Shown one piece after another: positions 13,601-25,150 of a stretch of DNA of 64,000 nt. Every line of letters begins with the position of its first letter. Within the stretch, counting starts at the first letter, position 1. A program made the position numbers and the translations under genes. The notes under the pieces are model-generated. The model was not told the DNA's origin, did no database searches, and saw only the letters and a program-made list of their open reading frames with translations. Source of the DNA: Ophelia neglecta (Eukaryota); contig OZ260664.1 of assembly GCA_965285935.1 (NCBI GenBank), forward strand, positions 76,322,001-76,386,000, in the 5' to 3' direction.

Positions 13601-16600
13601 TTATCCCTCTCCTGCCCCCTCCCATCCTCCCACTCTTGCTTCCCTTCCTCCCACTCTTGCCCCCCCCCCCCCCCCCTACTTACACTCCTGGCCCTCCCCG
13701 TCCCGTCAACTACAGCCCCTCTCGTCCCTCACTCCTGCCACCACCGCAGTCAATACACACTCGGTTGCACAAACATTTACGCTGTATATAGTTACACATA
13801 CAGAGCTTTTTTTTATCTGCTGCCATTATTTATCATATACTATGATTATCTCCTTATTATAAGATATTTAACCTAGTCAACTGGTGATTCTTTTTTGACA
13901 GAACAGCCAAGATGTTTCGACAACTTCTCTGAAAAACTGCAATTCAACGGCGGGTCTGTTTCCCTTTGGTGCATCGTTAGTCTCCAATACAGGGGGTTTA
14001 GGCCTATGTTTAGATGGACCGGTATCGGTGTGCGACACCCCGCAGAGCCTCTTCAAGGTCAGTTCAAGGTCGTTCAATTCAAGAACTAAATTAACTCACT
14101 CTTGTGACTTGCTATACGACTTTCATCCGTATTATACAGTGACCCGATCCATACTTGTGGATCGACACTGGTGGGAAGGCGGGGGGGGGGGGGGGGGGGG
14201 GGGGCTGCCAACTGGCTGGAACCTTTACCTGTCCGCCAATATGAAGCGATCTACAGTAAAGGGGAAGTCAGGGTTATACAATTCCCCTTATAAATGAGTC
14301 CGTTCCTGTAAACATGTATAATGGCAGTAAAGTATATAAAGTATATAGTCTTTAGCATTGTCGTACCATTGTTGCCTCCGAATGCATCCAAGCCAAAATT
14401 ACAATTTCTTTTTTTAATTAGGGGGGGGGGGGGGGTTGCGGGGGCGTTACCGAAAGCTTTCCTAATATATATGTTTGTTCTTTAGATAGAAATATAACCA
14501 TGCCAGCTAGGAAATATCACATCATCTTAGTATCTCATACTTTTCCTTCTTATCTTGTGACCTTTATAAAAGGCGAAATAATAAGTTCCATTATCATTCA
14601 TTCTGTAAACAGGACAGGCGGAGCTGGTTTCTATGTATATGCCTACTCTATATATATATACATATGTTTTAGTGTTATTCGTTTAAACTAGTATTCCAGC
14701 CCTGGTGAATTTGTACATTAAAACTTAGTAAATAGGCCTATATATTTGATATAATTTTCCTTTAGATCATCCTGCATCACAAATGAATCTAAGCCGTTTT
14801 ACCGATCGCGTTGTGGTCAAACTTACGCCGCAACATATGAACAGGAATATCACATGTATGATATTCTTCGAACCCAAAAATCTAGTAGAGGGCGGAATAA
14901 ATAATCCACCGCCATTTACTTTCGAACCCGGCTTCAAGAAAATCTGGAATTTATCAAATAGATCGCTCGTTAAAGAAGGTAAGTACACAGGGTTATATAT
15001 TTGCCCAGTAATGTTTAATGTTTTCAAATAACACATGACCTATGAATAATGGGAAATGTCACATTCGGCATTGCATCAATGGAAGTGGGGAATTCATTAT
15101 TGGAAGACAAAGCCGCATAAAACGTAATTTTCAGTCCTTGTTTACCTTCAAACCTCATGAGTTTCATCTACATTTTATTTAATATATTGTTTTGTTTCAA
15201 TCAATAGACGAAGGCACTAAAGAGGCTGGTCTTCCACTGTATGGAATAATATCATTAGGAATCGTTTGTGGCCTTGCGCTCGCTGCCAGTGTGGTGACAG
15301 TAGTAGTAATCTTAGTGAAATTCCGGCGTAAAGAAGGAACGCGAAATGGCAGCGAGGTTAGTAAGCCTACTTGCTGATACATTCTTCAATTAAAATATTC
15401 ATTTGCTTCAACTTTCAAGATTTGTTGCCTTTGTAATACTATACGTTTTTTGTCTGTTTTTAACGAATGACCTATAGCCTTGGTGATCCAGGGGGTATGA
15501 ACTCTGCAGATTAAAATGGGCATTTTCCAAATTCCCAGATCTGTTTATATTCACGTCCCACCAATTCGATAAGTAGCCTATAATGTAATACAAGTACCCA
15601 CACATTGAAGACTATAGGCCTTTAGAGTTGTAATATATAGATATAATACAAATAATAATAAATTAAATCGGTATACAGTCGATGCCTATCTTTTAGAATG
15701 TTAATATATAGTTCCTATTGTTTTAACACATACGCAGTAAAAGGCTACAATGTCTCTGAGTGACCCATAGCTATTTCGCGTGTGAGCCATGTGCATCTGC
15801 TTGATATACGGCATATTTCATCGTATTCATCTGTAACGTTAGGCTATCAGATTTGCCATTTTATTGCACAATTGAAGATGTATGATACAATTTTCCTCTT
15901 TAGAATGGAAGGACCTTTAATATAATTCTCTTGTATATTGTTTATCGAGACAAATCCATCTTTAGTAATTTAGTAATCATTTATAAGAGAGTTCTGCGCA
16001 TCAGAGACTCGCCTAGGACATTTTTCATCAAAGTCCTACGTTGACCACCGACTAGTTTTGTCCTATGATCCGCATCATGGAAGATTGTTAAAACTTGTCA
16101 TTGCAAGTGGAGTCAAGATTACTTTGGTTTTTAATTTTACTACAAGCTTATTTACGGCTAGGGGTATTGGGTTGATGTTCTTTGGCCTGTATCATATGGT
16201 TCCTGATGATTTTCGGACTGATTTAGTGTAATTTTCTTGATCAACGATTTTCCTTTGCCTGCCGGGTATCCACTTCTGTCTTTACATCAGGCAACTTTCT
16301 CAGATATATAAAGTGTCGTTGATGAAATGTTCCCCCCCTAAAGTAAAATGTCTAGTGTTAAGTGCAACAGTGCGTCTCATTTTTAATGAGCATGCAGATC
16401 CGGCGTTCCTGTTATGACTGGTTGTCGACATGTAGCATATAAAGGAAAGTATTATAGAGTTTAGAATTAAGATGTATTCTTGCAAGTTTATTAGGATTTC
16501 TTGGAAAGATACTTTTCGTTTGTTAGTTGTTTAGTGACACATTCGATATGTGTATTGCTGCACGTCATTATCGTCATTGAAGTAAGCGGCGACGTCGAAT

Positions 16601-17060
16601 TCCTGGCCTGTGACAATTAAGCTCACATATATAACGTTATATGTGTTCTTTCTGTATCTGAAGTATGTTGTCTTTTTAGACTGGCATAGAAAACCCCGCT
16701 ACAGATACATCAGACCCTACTCCTCCGCCACGGCCACCCGTTATTAATGTAAGTGACTTAAAAACTATTACGATATGTCATCAACATGTGAATTCCTTCC
16801 TTGAAAGTTTATTTCACTAGTTGTCATTATAAAATGTATTTGCAATATAGGCAATATTGAACACTTATGACCCGGCTATATTTATGGGATCTGCTCCACC
16901 TCGGCCTCCGAAGAAAGGAACGCCTCCATCAGATCGCTTGATAGGAAAACACGTAAAACAAAAGCCACTTGATGTCCCCAAGCCCCCACCCAGGCCCCTG
17001 AAGAGGGATGAACTAGTGCAAAGGCTTAACCAACTGGTCCAACAATCAGGTGTCAGCTAG
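10614..17060 (+). CDS. Type I transmembrane immunoglobulin-superfamily receptor (~370 aa): signal peptide, two Ig domains, TM helix, proline-rich cytoplasmic tail
   Basis: Exons 10614-10662 (MELFNVLWVFGIVAST, phase 1), 12501-12803 (Ig: VQLNC..VKWFK..DGSYRCEM), 13902-14021 and 14766-14978 (second Ig: VSLWC..FRW..NITC), 15208-15356 (TM YGIISLGIVCGLALAASVVTVVVILV then KFRRK), 16680-16748, 16851-17060. All GT-AG, 1113 nt in one frame. Confidence 0.85.
12861..13745. repeat. Two related C-rich low-complexity blocks (ctcctgcccc / cccactc units) in Ig gene intron 2
   Basis: 12861-13095 and 13561-13750 share motifs (cactcctgccaacactgcagt vs cactcctgccaccaccgcagt; agcccctc). The minus strand is G-rich. 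Confidence 0.6.
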
Positions 17061-18285
17061 ATGGTTAGTTTTTTTAATGACAATTCCGTCGGATAGCCAT
17101 CTGTGGAACGGATATGTAAAAAATCATTCGTCCTCATTCCTGTGTTGTTTGAACGCTGGTGACAACCCAAGATAACAGTTGGACCGCCAATGAAAAACAC
17201 TGAATGACACACCTTAATATCAAAGCCGTAGCTCATGACCCACATGTCAGCAGTGGAAGCAACACATTTATACTTTTGTGCGTGTAGTCAAGGCGACACG
17301 TTATTACTTATCTTTTTCAGCTGTCAAAAAAAGAAACCTAGGCAAATTTTGTGATTAGTTGTAGTCGTTCTAAATCTGCAATCGGTCTCAGTTCGGTGAT
17401 TTAAGGTTTTGTACAGTACTATTATATATAAATATTTACTGATGTTAAATAACAAAGTTTGAATAAAAGCTGCAAGTCTTTTTTGAATCCGCCACTGATA
17501 ATGTATTATGCACACCAAACCCATATATAATAAAAGCTTCTGCAAGAAAATATAATGGCAATTAAAAAAAAACCATATAGCAGACACTAATATTGCATTT
17601 GGTTACCTTGATTGTCATGCATGAGTTAATGTATTGGTAGTTTTAACTCGCGTTTTACCACTTTCTCTACCGAACAGAAATGATAGGTTTTTTCAGCACA
17701 CACAAAAACAACCTTTGAACATGTTGGAGCTAAACTTTATTTGTCTGAATTCACACTGGTTAAGAGAGCCAATAGATGGAATTTGAACGCGAATGTAGAA
17801 CCAATCTATTGTAGGCAATGGACATTTAAAAGTGGCATGTTTTAGTTTGAATAAAGAAGATAAATACAAGAACAAGTTAAACAAAATTGGCACACGTGTA
17901 AGATTTACCTTACATAATACATATTATTAAGAACTCACTGGAACTAACCAGGTTGCAGCGAGATTGGGACTCCAATAGCATAGCAGTTAGTAATAGCTAT
18001 TGGTAGCAGCGCCCCAATTCATGTAAGCAAATAAATAAGTCTATCAGTTCCTGGTTGGGTATATAGCAACAGGGAAGTCGAGCTAGCTGTTACTTTCAAG
18101 TGCAACACCGCATTTGATATTTTTTCGTTTTCAATGTGGCGAGTGACATTTCAAATAAACAACTTACACATGCTACAGGCTATATGCTTCTTAAACTTTC
18201 GACACAATTGCAAAAAAAACCATGCGGCATTAATGACATTCAGAAGAACTTACGATTTGTTATGAAAAGTCCTAACGTAGTGGTT

Positions 18286-18355
18286 CTTTTGAAGTAAAAT
18301 CAGTCTGCCTTCTGTGCAAGTAAGCACTTTTGAGGACAAACATCATCAGCAAAAG
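18286..18355 (-). promoter_or_regulatory. Type II SECIS element in the selenoprotein 3'UTR
   Basis: Minus strand: cttttg-ctg-ATGAt-gtttgtcctc-AAAA-gtgc-ttactt-gcac-a-gaaggcagac-TGAt-tttactt-caaaag. Helix I is cttttg/caaaag; the core is AUGA.../...UGA (non-Watson-Crick); helix II pairs 9 of 10 positions; unpaired AA; apical mini-stem gtgc/gcac. About 575 nt downstream of the TAG stop. Confidence 0.9.
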
Positions 18356-18769
18356 GCCAGCCACATTTCGTTGGTTGAAAATGCCTAATACCAAACGGTT
18401 CATAATGCACCATAAAATGAAAGTACAAATCTACCCTAAATATTGACAAACATATTACCTTGAATCAATTCTAAAATTATTAGTAAAACAAAGGTCGATA
18501 TGGCTAAGAGTTATATAGCTTAATTTATGTTTTATTTAATGGCAGTGATGAATGTTAATTGATAAGTATCTTAATCAATTTAATTTAAAAATAATAGGAA
18601 AAACAAGACCCAGGAAAATAATTTCATACGTATGTGATTTGACGGGTTACAGAAAAATAATGCAACTAACGGTGCCATATAGATGTGAACAGAATCTCCA
18701 GAAATAATTGACACTCGCGAAAAAGATGGCATATGATTACATATCCTAGAGGCAGTTCATTTGTGCTCA

Positions 18770-18800
18770 ATGTAATCATAAGGAATCCTTATGATTACAT
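18770..18800. repeat. Perfect 15-bp inverted repeat (1-nt spacer) in the selenoprotein 3'UTR
   Basis: atgtaatcataagga-a-tccttatgattacat; a third partial copy (tatgattacat) at 18732-18742. Confidence 0.85.
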
Positions 18801-18929
18801 ACACCACATAATATGACTGACGATAGGATGCGTGGGTGTGAACCAATTATGAATATATACTACCAGTGCTTTTTAACAGTGCCTATCACTGGTGTGTTTA
18901 ATGAAGTTGAATCTTTGCTTTAGATGTAA

Positions 18930-20281
18930 CTATAGGATGAGACACAGCCTCGAGGACTTCTGAGGTTTCATTTTGTCCAGTTCTTCTGATACTAAATTAA
19001 CTAACTGAAATGTGAAGGCATAACAAGAATTATGGAGAGTGTATGCTGATAAAAAGACTCTCAGTTCCGAAACAATGTACGAGCAAACACTAACGTGTTC
19101 CAAAATAAACACATAATCCTCACATTGGTTCAAGCTGAAGAAGCTATATTAAAAAAAAAAGAAACTACCAATACTGGTAGATATCGTTTTTATTCCGGAG
19201 AATTAAAATATCCAGAATTTGAAAACAACACTTTTCCCGTGTGCTCGGAAAGATTGTTTTAAATAAATTAAACATATTACACATTCAAATATCAATCACA
19301 ATGTTTCCGAAAACATCATAGATATAAAGCAAATATTTTTACGATTTTAAATCGGGTTTTGGGTGAAAATAGTGATTCCTGTATTCGTACGAATCATGAC
19401 TCTTTTGGTTTATGGAGAAAGTAGAATATGTATGCATTTACCTTATCTTCGGAAGGAAGTTGGCCAAGAAGGTTGCTTTCGAGTTGTGAATAAACCAAGA
19501 TTCCATTAACAAACACTTCAAACGAATCTACGAAGTAATGTACAAAATTAATGAAACAGATTCTGACTTATAGATTGTTAGCTATATTGAAATAAATGGC
19601 CCAAGGTTTAATCTAGTGATGAGAAACTGAGGTGGTATATAATTAGAAAATCATTGAGTATGCTAAAGAAGGTCAAAGTAAGCAAGCTTTTAAACCATTA
19701 CCTCTTTCTCCATATGAACCACTGATATCACCATTGGGAAAATGCTCCATAGAATATATCTTGAAAGCGGTGAACTTCGTCCCGAATGATGGTCATAGAT
19801 ATCTAAAACCAAAGTTAAGATTATTTGCATCAAGTAGCATTCGGCAAACAAGAAGTGTATTGCTTCGCTGTGTAGATATAGCAGAACCCGACAACCCCAT
19901 TATTTCCCATATTCAATTATCAATATTCGCCTTCTCAACATGTTAAGGATTAGGCCTATATGCGCCATCGGGCGACCATCCAGGGTTTGGTTTGATCACC
20001 TGGGCGTGAACAGTGTAAATATAATAACATCTTTCTATAAGTGGTCTCAAACAGTCACTTTTTGCAATAAAGAAAACGTGCTTCAAATAATATATTTCTA
20101 GTTGGCGACATCTGGATCAAAATCAACATATTCATATAGAACAGTACGGCCTAGTCATAATATTCTTGTTTTCGAACATCAACACTTACCAGTATTCAAC
20201 ATGTATCGTGACTTGGCGGATATCCCTGCTACGAACACCTCGCTGACTATGTATACTATGTATGCTCTCTCCGAGCTCCAT
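18930..20281 (-). CDS. MIEN1: MIEN1/SelW2-like Rdx-family selenoprotein, 117 aa, predicted U-Y-L-U motif and C-terminal CaaX (CLIL)
   Basis: Exons 20281-20190 (MELGESIHSIHSQRGVRSRDIRQVTIHVEY+TG|gtaagt), 19802-19702 (ttttag|A TAT CTA TGA CCA...: U-YL-U-PSFGTKFTAFKIYSMEHFPNGDISGSYGER), 19527-19442 (DSFEVFVNGILVYSQLESNLLGQLPSEDK), 19004-18930 (LVNLVSEELDKMKPQKSSRLCLIL*). Matches the Rdx pattern VEYCxxC...P...G..G.FEI.VNG.LV.S.L....P and the MIEN1-type CaaX end. A SECIS lies downstream. Confidence 0.88.
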
Positions 20282-22375
20282 CTTAAGTATTACCGGTATA
20301 ACTAAGACAGTAAATTCTGATTAAATATAACTAATCGAGCTGTATCCCGGAAATAAACAGGGATGATATTTCGCTACGTTAACACGTTTCAGTTACAATT
20401 ACAATGTGAGTGCTGTAGCTAGATCTCCCAGTTTTCACTCAAAATGGCAAGTGACGAATTTCATAGGCTAGCACGCTTTTCCCTATAATTATTAGTACAT
20501 CAACTGCTCAACGTCAGAAGCTAGACACAATTATTGCTATCTGTGTGTTATCAGATACTCATCAAACAAATACCTGTCGTGATTAGCCCTGAAACAGCAA
20601 TGCAGTTACCCAACAGAGATGATAAGGAGCCTGCTGGACTCTTCAGTATACACGGACAACTCATAAGAATTCCAAGTAATTATGCTCTCCGAGCAGCTCT
20701 AAAAGCTTTTCATATACGAAAGAGCCTAATTGCTGGGGGGCCTGTTATCGTGGGGCACCATTTCCCGTTAATGAATATATGCATTGTTACTCCAGGCTTT
20801 GCTTATTGAACTCATACCTGTGTAGGTAAACAAGATTAGCAAAATATTGGTCTGTAAACATAATAAAACCTTTTAGATGCATTATTACATTTGCTACATC
20901 CCGCACTCACACAATAATGTATTATTTTATTCGTCGATATGATTAATTCGTTTTATCATATAAAGTTGAAGATTACTCGCGACTATCCAGAAAAGGAAAG
21001 ATAAATAGATATGACCACCAATTTGGAGGCTTATTCGGTACTTGCATTTCCTCTAAAATTAATGGCATCTGATCAAAGAGCAAAATTCTGTTGCTCAGAA
21101 CGTATTTTACAATGTTAGTTTGTGTTGGCCAACATGGAGACTTATTAATTTACTGCAACAAATAAGAGTGAGTAATGTCCTCGGTTATAAGAGATGTTCT
21201 AGTGGGTTCCGAGGGTTCAGGTTCTTTCTCGGTGAATAAACCAACACATATCGCTTTTTCCGTTTAGGCGTGTTTGTTATTTACTGATGTTCAGTCTAAC
21301 ATTAGTCTGTAACATGAATGTTTCCACTCCACGCTATGTGAAACACCCTGTCTACACTCTCAAGTTATAATGAGTTGATAAAAACCACTTTCCACATTTT
21401 AGCATTAAACCTTCTAAGGCTACAATTAAAACTACAAGTCAGGTTCAAGCGTTTGCTTATAGGCTTGGATATTTTCCATTTCTTCGACGGCATGTTCTTA
21501 TAATTATGTCTTTGCCCGTCCGTCATGACCAAAGGCCTCCTCTTGATAATAATACACCTAGCTACTGCAAATTATTATTATTGTTAAAGGCGATTTGCAC
21601 AATTAGTCCAGGAACAAAGTTATCTGAAATGCACGTAACTTTTGTATCCAACAATAGCGTCTTTTATTAAATTTCGGTTATTGTTATGCCACTATCAAGG
21701 TTCATTTATTGAAGCAACTCTAATTCATCCTAACAGAAAATACCATTAGTTACTTTATTATTAATCAGTATTGTAAGTAAAAGAAACAAAAAATGTCTTG
21801 ACATGAAATTCCTGGAACAAATTCACGTGTAATCGACGTCCATATCTAATATTTAAAATGTGCAAGTACATCAAGTTAAGGTTGTCCAAATACTGTACCC
21901 TTTTTCCATGCCCTAATTCTCCTTTATTGTTTGGATAAATACTGTTGTTTAGCGATATTCATTAGCAAAAGGCAATATCAGGGTCATATACCTACATTAG
22001 AAGTCTTTTATAATACAAATTGCTAGTCGATGTTTGCTCGAAGGTTACAGCGTACAAATCTCCGCCAATCTGCTGCGGTCGTTCGGAAGTCAGTTGTTAG
22101 AAAAAAACAATTTTTTATAATAATAATTCTCAAAGTTTTTTAGACCGTTTTGTACCCCTGTTATTCTTTTACTTACGATAATAGCATCGTCAGCAAACAC
22201 AAATTGTCGAATTATTATTAAACCGATTGACAGCATAATGCATATAAGGGTTTATATAGTAACTAGGCAACATATATACTTCGACTTTGATAGATTCAAA
22301 TAACAAGAAACCGTTAGAAATTGACAGTGTTCTCTCCATCTCGTACGACTTTAGGACGTTACAAGACACCGTTTA

Positions 22376-23460
22376 CTACTCAGGAGGATGTGATTTCAAG
22401 ACAATTACCATTTTCCATCGACACAAGGAAAGTGCCCATGCTGCATCCATCAGTAGTAGTATTTGAGCGCTAACCAATACTGAAGCTCCAATCGTGAGAA
22501 CGCTTTGGCTTAGATACTGAATGGCGACCTGTACCACTGAATTTGACAGAATCCCGATAAAAAAAATTCATTCGCAAGACGCCGAAGAAAAGGAGAAATA
22601 ATGCATGGGTAACATACAGCCCCCACAAACGGGCCAAGAAATGGCGAAGTCTGGATGATAAAAAGGCAGAGAAGATCAAAGAGCACGACGTGAACTGATT
22701 CGTATATAGCAAACATTGCAAATATTGTAAAGCTACAGGTTTATGGTAGTGGGGAAGAGTCTGCATGCATAAGGACGCTCTCATTTTTTTTGATGGAGCT
22801 TGCCAGCGCTGCATTGTTACCACTACTTTGATGAAATCCACAACCTCTTTTAAAACAGAAACGATTGTTACAAGCATCAAGAAACGTAGGAATGCTATGA
22901 GTGTATATTTATGCAAGTTTTTCACGTAACGTTAGTCTTCGCATAAAGGAAACGCCATTGCTATTGCTATTGGACTGATTAATAAGGAAATATTCTTGGT
23001 TTGCGTGATATTGGGAAGATGGTTATCCCCCTATTTGCTTTGCCCACTTGATATCAGCATCGAATAGAACATATATCCCTATATAATGGTGCCCATGGCA
23101 TAAGAGGAAAGCGATGACAGCGTTTCTTAATGTCCAACCAGTGACCGAAAATTCCGTCAGTATTCCGAGCTAGCCTCCTGGCGGCTGGATCTGATAGTTT
23201 GTCTTCGGGAATGGCCATGAAGAACAGGAGAGGGACGAAGCCACCGCGACGTTGCAGACGATTTTCTACGGATTCATAATCGGAAACTTCGTACCCCTTG
23301 TAAACGGCGGCATTGTTCGACTGTGTTTTAATGAGTTTCACATTTCTTGTCTCAAATATGACCTCCACCAGATGAAAACAACCCATAATGGCTGCAAATT
23401 CGATAAGTCTCAGAACATAACTGTTCTCCGAGAAGGAATCTTGGTCTGGCGAATCATCAA
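22376..23460 (-). pseudogene. Intronless, frameshifted TRPV-like cation channel pseudogene fragment
   Basis: Pieces in successive frames follow TRPV order: last ankyrin/linker (LIEFAAIMGCFHLVEVIFETRNV...YEVSDYES), pre-S1/S1 (IFGHWLDIKK...WA / YIGIYVLFDADI), S2 (LMLVTIVSVLKEVVDFIKV), S4 and S4-S5 linker (LLCLFIIQTSPFLGPFV), S6 (HALFLLFFGVLRMNFF / IGILSNSV). Several frameshifts and stops; S5 and pore apparently deleted. Confidence 0.6.
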
Positions 23461-25150
23461 TTTACTTGACGTCGTGTAGATATATAGAATTCTCAAGATT
23501 ACTGAGAGAATGCATATATAGCAACAGTTTTCTAGGTGCTTTAGATGGAACTGCACTAAATTGAATACACTTAATACCTAATACATGTATATCTTTTCGG
23601 CCTGTAATGGGTCACTTGACATATAATGTATTGTACACATACAAAACATTTTAAGCTGTCTGTAACGTAGTGGAGACCGAGGGCTATTGAAGGAAACTCT
23701 TAATTAAACATATCGTCCAACTATAATGCCAAAAAAGCATAAATGACAAATATAATCTATATGGCGATTAATATGTCTCTTAATTTTGTACAAACACAGG
23801 TGATATGGATCTTTAAACTGTATATTTATAGGCCCTACATGTACTATATATCATGTAAGGTCAGAAATAGATCTATATTAAGTTATATAACGAGTCGCTT
23901 ATGGCCTTTTTGGCGATTCAGATAGAGTAAAAACGGAGACGCCCTTTAGGTTTTTGCGAATCTGAATCGCCAAGACCATGAGTAACGTCATTTAGTCGAA
24001 GACTACTAGTATCAGCCGGCGCTCTGAGGTTGTAATATGCCAAGTTATTAGATGTGCGCAATAGGAGTAGTGGACTAAGTAAAGATAAAATGCATTTACT
24101 TAATATCTTACAATCACACGGGATGTTATTTTAGATCAAAACTTTCATCCTCAGTATATAAAAGGGCAATGGTTTAGAACTATGCACCTCATGTATAGAA
24201 TCCCTTGTAACTTTTTGACAACATTTCAAGAAATAGAATGGCATCCGTGGTAGTTGCGAACATGCATGTTTATTTTGTCTTTCATCATTCAATTCCTAAA
24301 GTGCTTACAATATTGCTTTGCCACAGTGAAGAGCAACTAGAACAACATCAATATAGTAGTTAGTATGAACAGAAATTTAAATACGAGCATCTTTGTAAGC
24401 CAAAATTACTGCTTCTCCGTGCCACAATGTACCGAGCGCCGGCACTGCGTTTAAGATTATGCATTGTTACAAATAATATTTTGATGTGATTTTATTCTAC
24501 TAGAAAGAACATACACCCACAATCCATTGTAAACACCTAGAACCTGGGATCGAATCCGTACAGTGGTGTGAAGCACGATTGAGAACGCCAACCCTCAAAG
24601 AATTTTGATATTATAATGCCTAAATTTCTTTTTTAGAGTAAGTCATGCGCTAAAAGGGTTCATCAGCTTATGCTAACTATACTGTGAATGATGGGTAATG
24701 ATAAGAAACTTGGTACTCTTCTCAGGGTTATAACCATTGATAAGTTATGAATTTGAAATGTTGAATTTAAGAAAACTTGGTAATTTTCCGAAAGGTCCTT
24801 CTTTACCACTTGGTCTGATATTAATACCCGCCGCTTACAGCTGCAAAAATGTTCAGATGTTCATTTGTTTTTAAGCAGAAAAAAATAAAAATAAAGGAAT
24901 ATGTTTTGTTGTTTAATTGTTTAAGCGCCGAAGGAAACAAAACCAGTCAAGTTACGCTACAGATGTTGCAACTACTTGCTCCCGACCACATGCACTGCTT
25001 TCAAACGTTCGGTTATATACATGCATCGCTAACTACATAGATTAATTTAGGACAGTAAAAATAAGTCCCGAAAAAAAATATATATACATGTATTTGGTAA
25101 ATCACGTGTGTATATGCTGACATTGCTAATGGAGAAGCTTCTGTTTTCCA

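Noticed and set aside
15990-16300. Minus-strand fragments (RSGYP...) faintly like a Penelope retroelement
   Set aside because: Too degraded; no diagnostic motif could be confirmed.
18860-18895. GTGA...AAAAA hairpin shortly after the selenoprotein stop, considered as a second SECIS
   Set aside because: No 3' GA partner for the core, and helix II pairs poorly.
20534-20809. 91-aa plus-strand ORF upstream of the selenoprotein gene
   Set aside because: No ATG start, homology or splice support.
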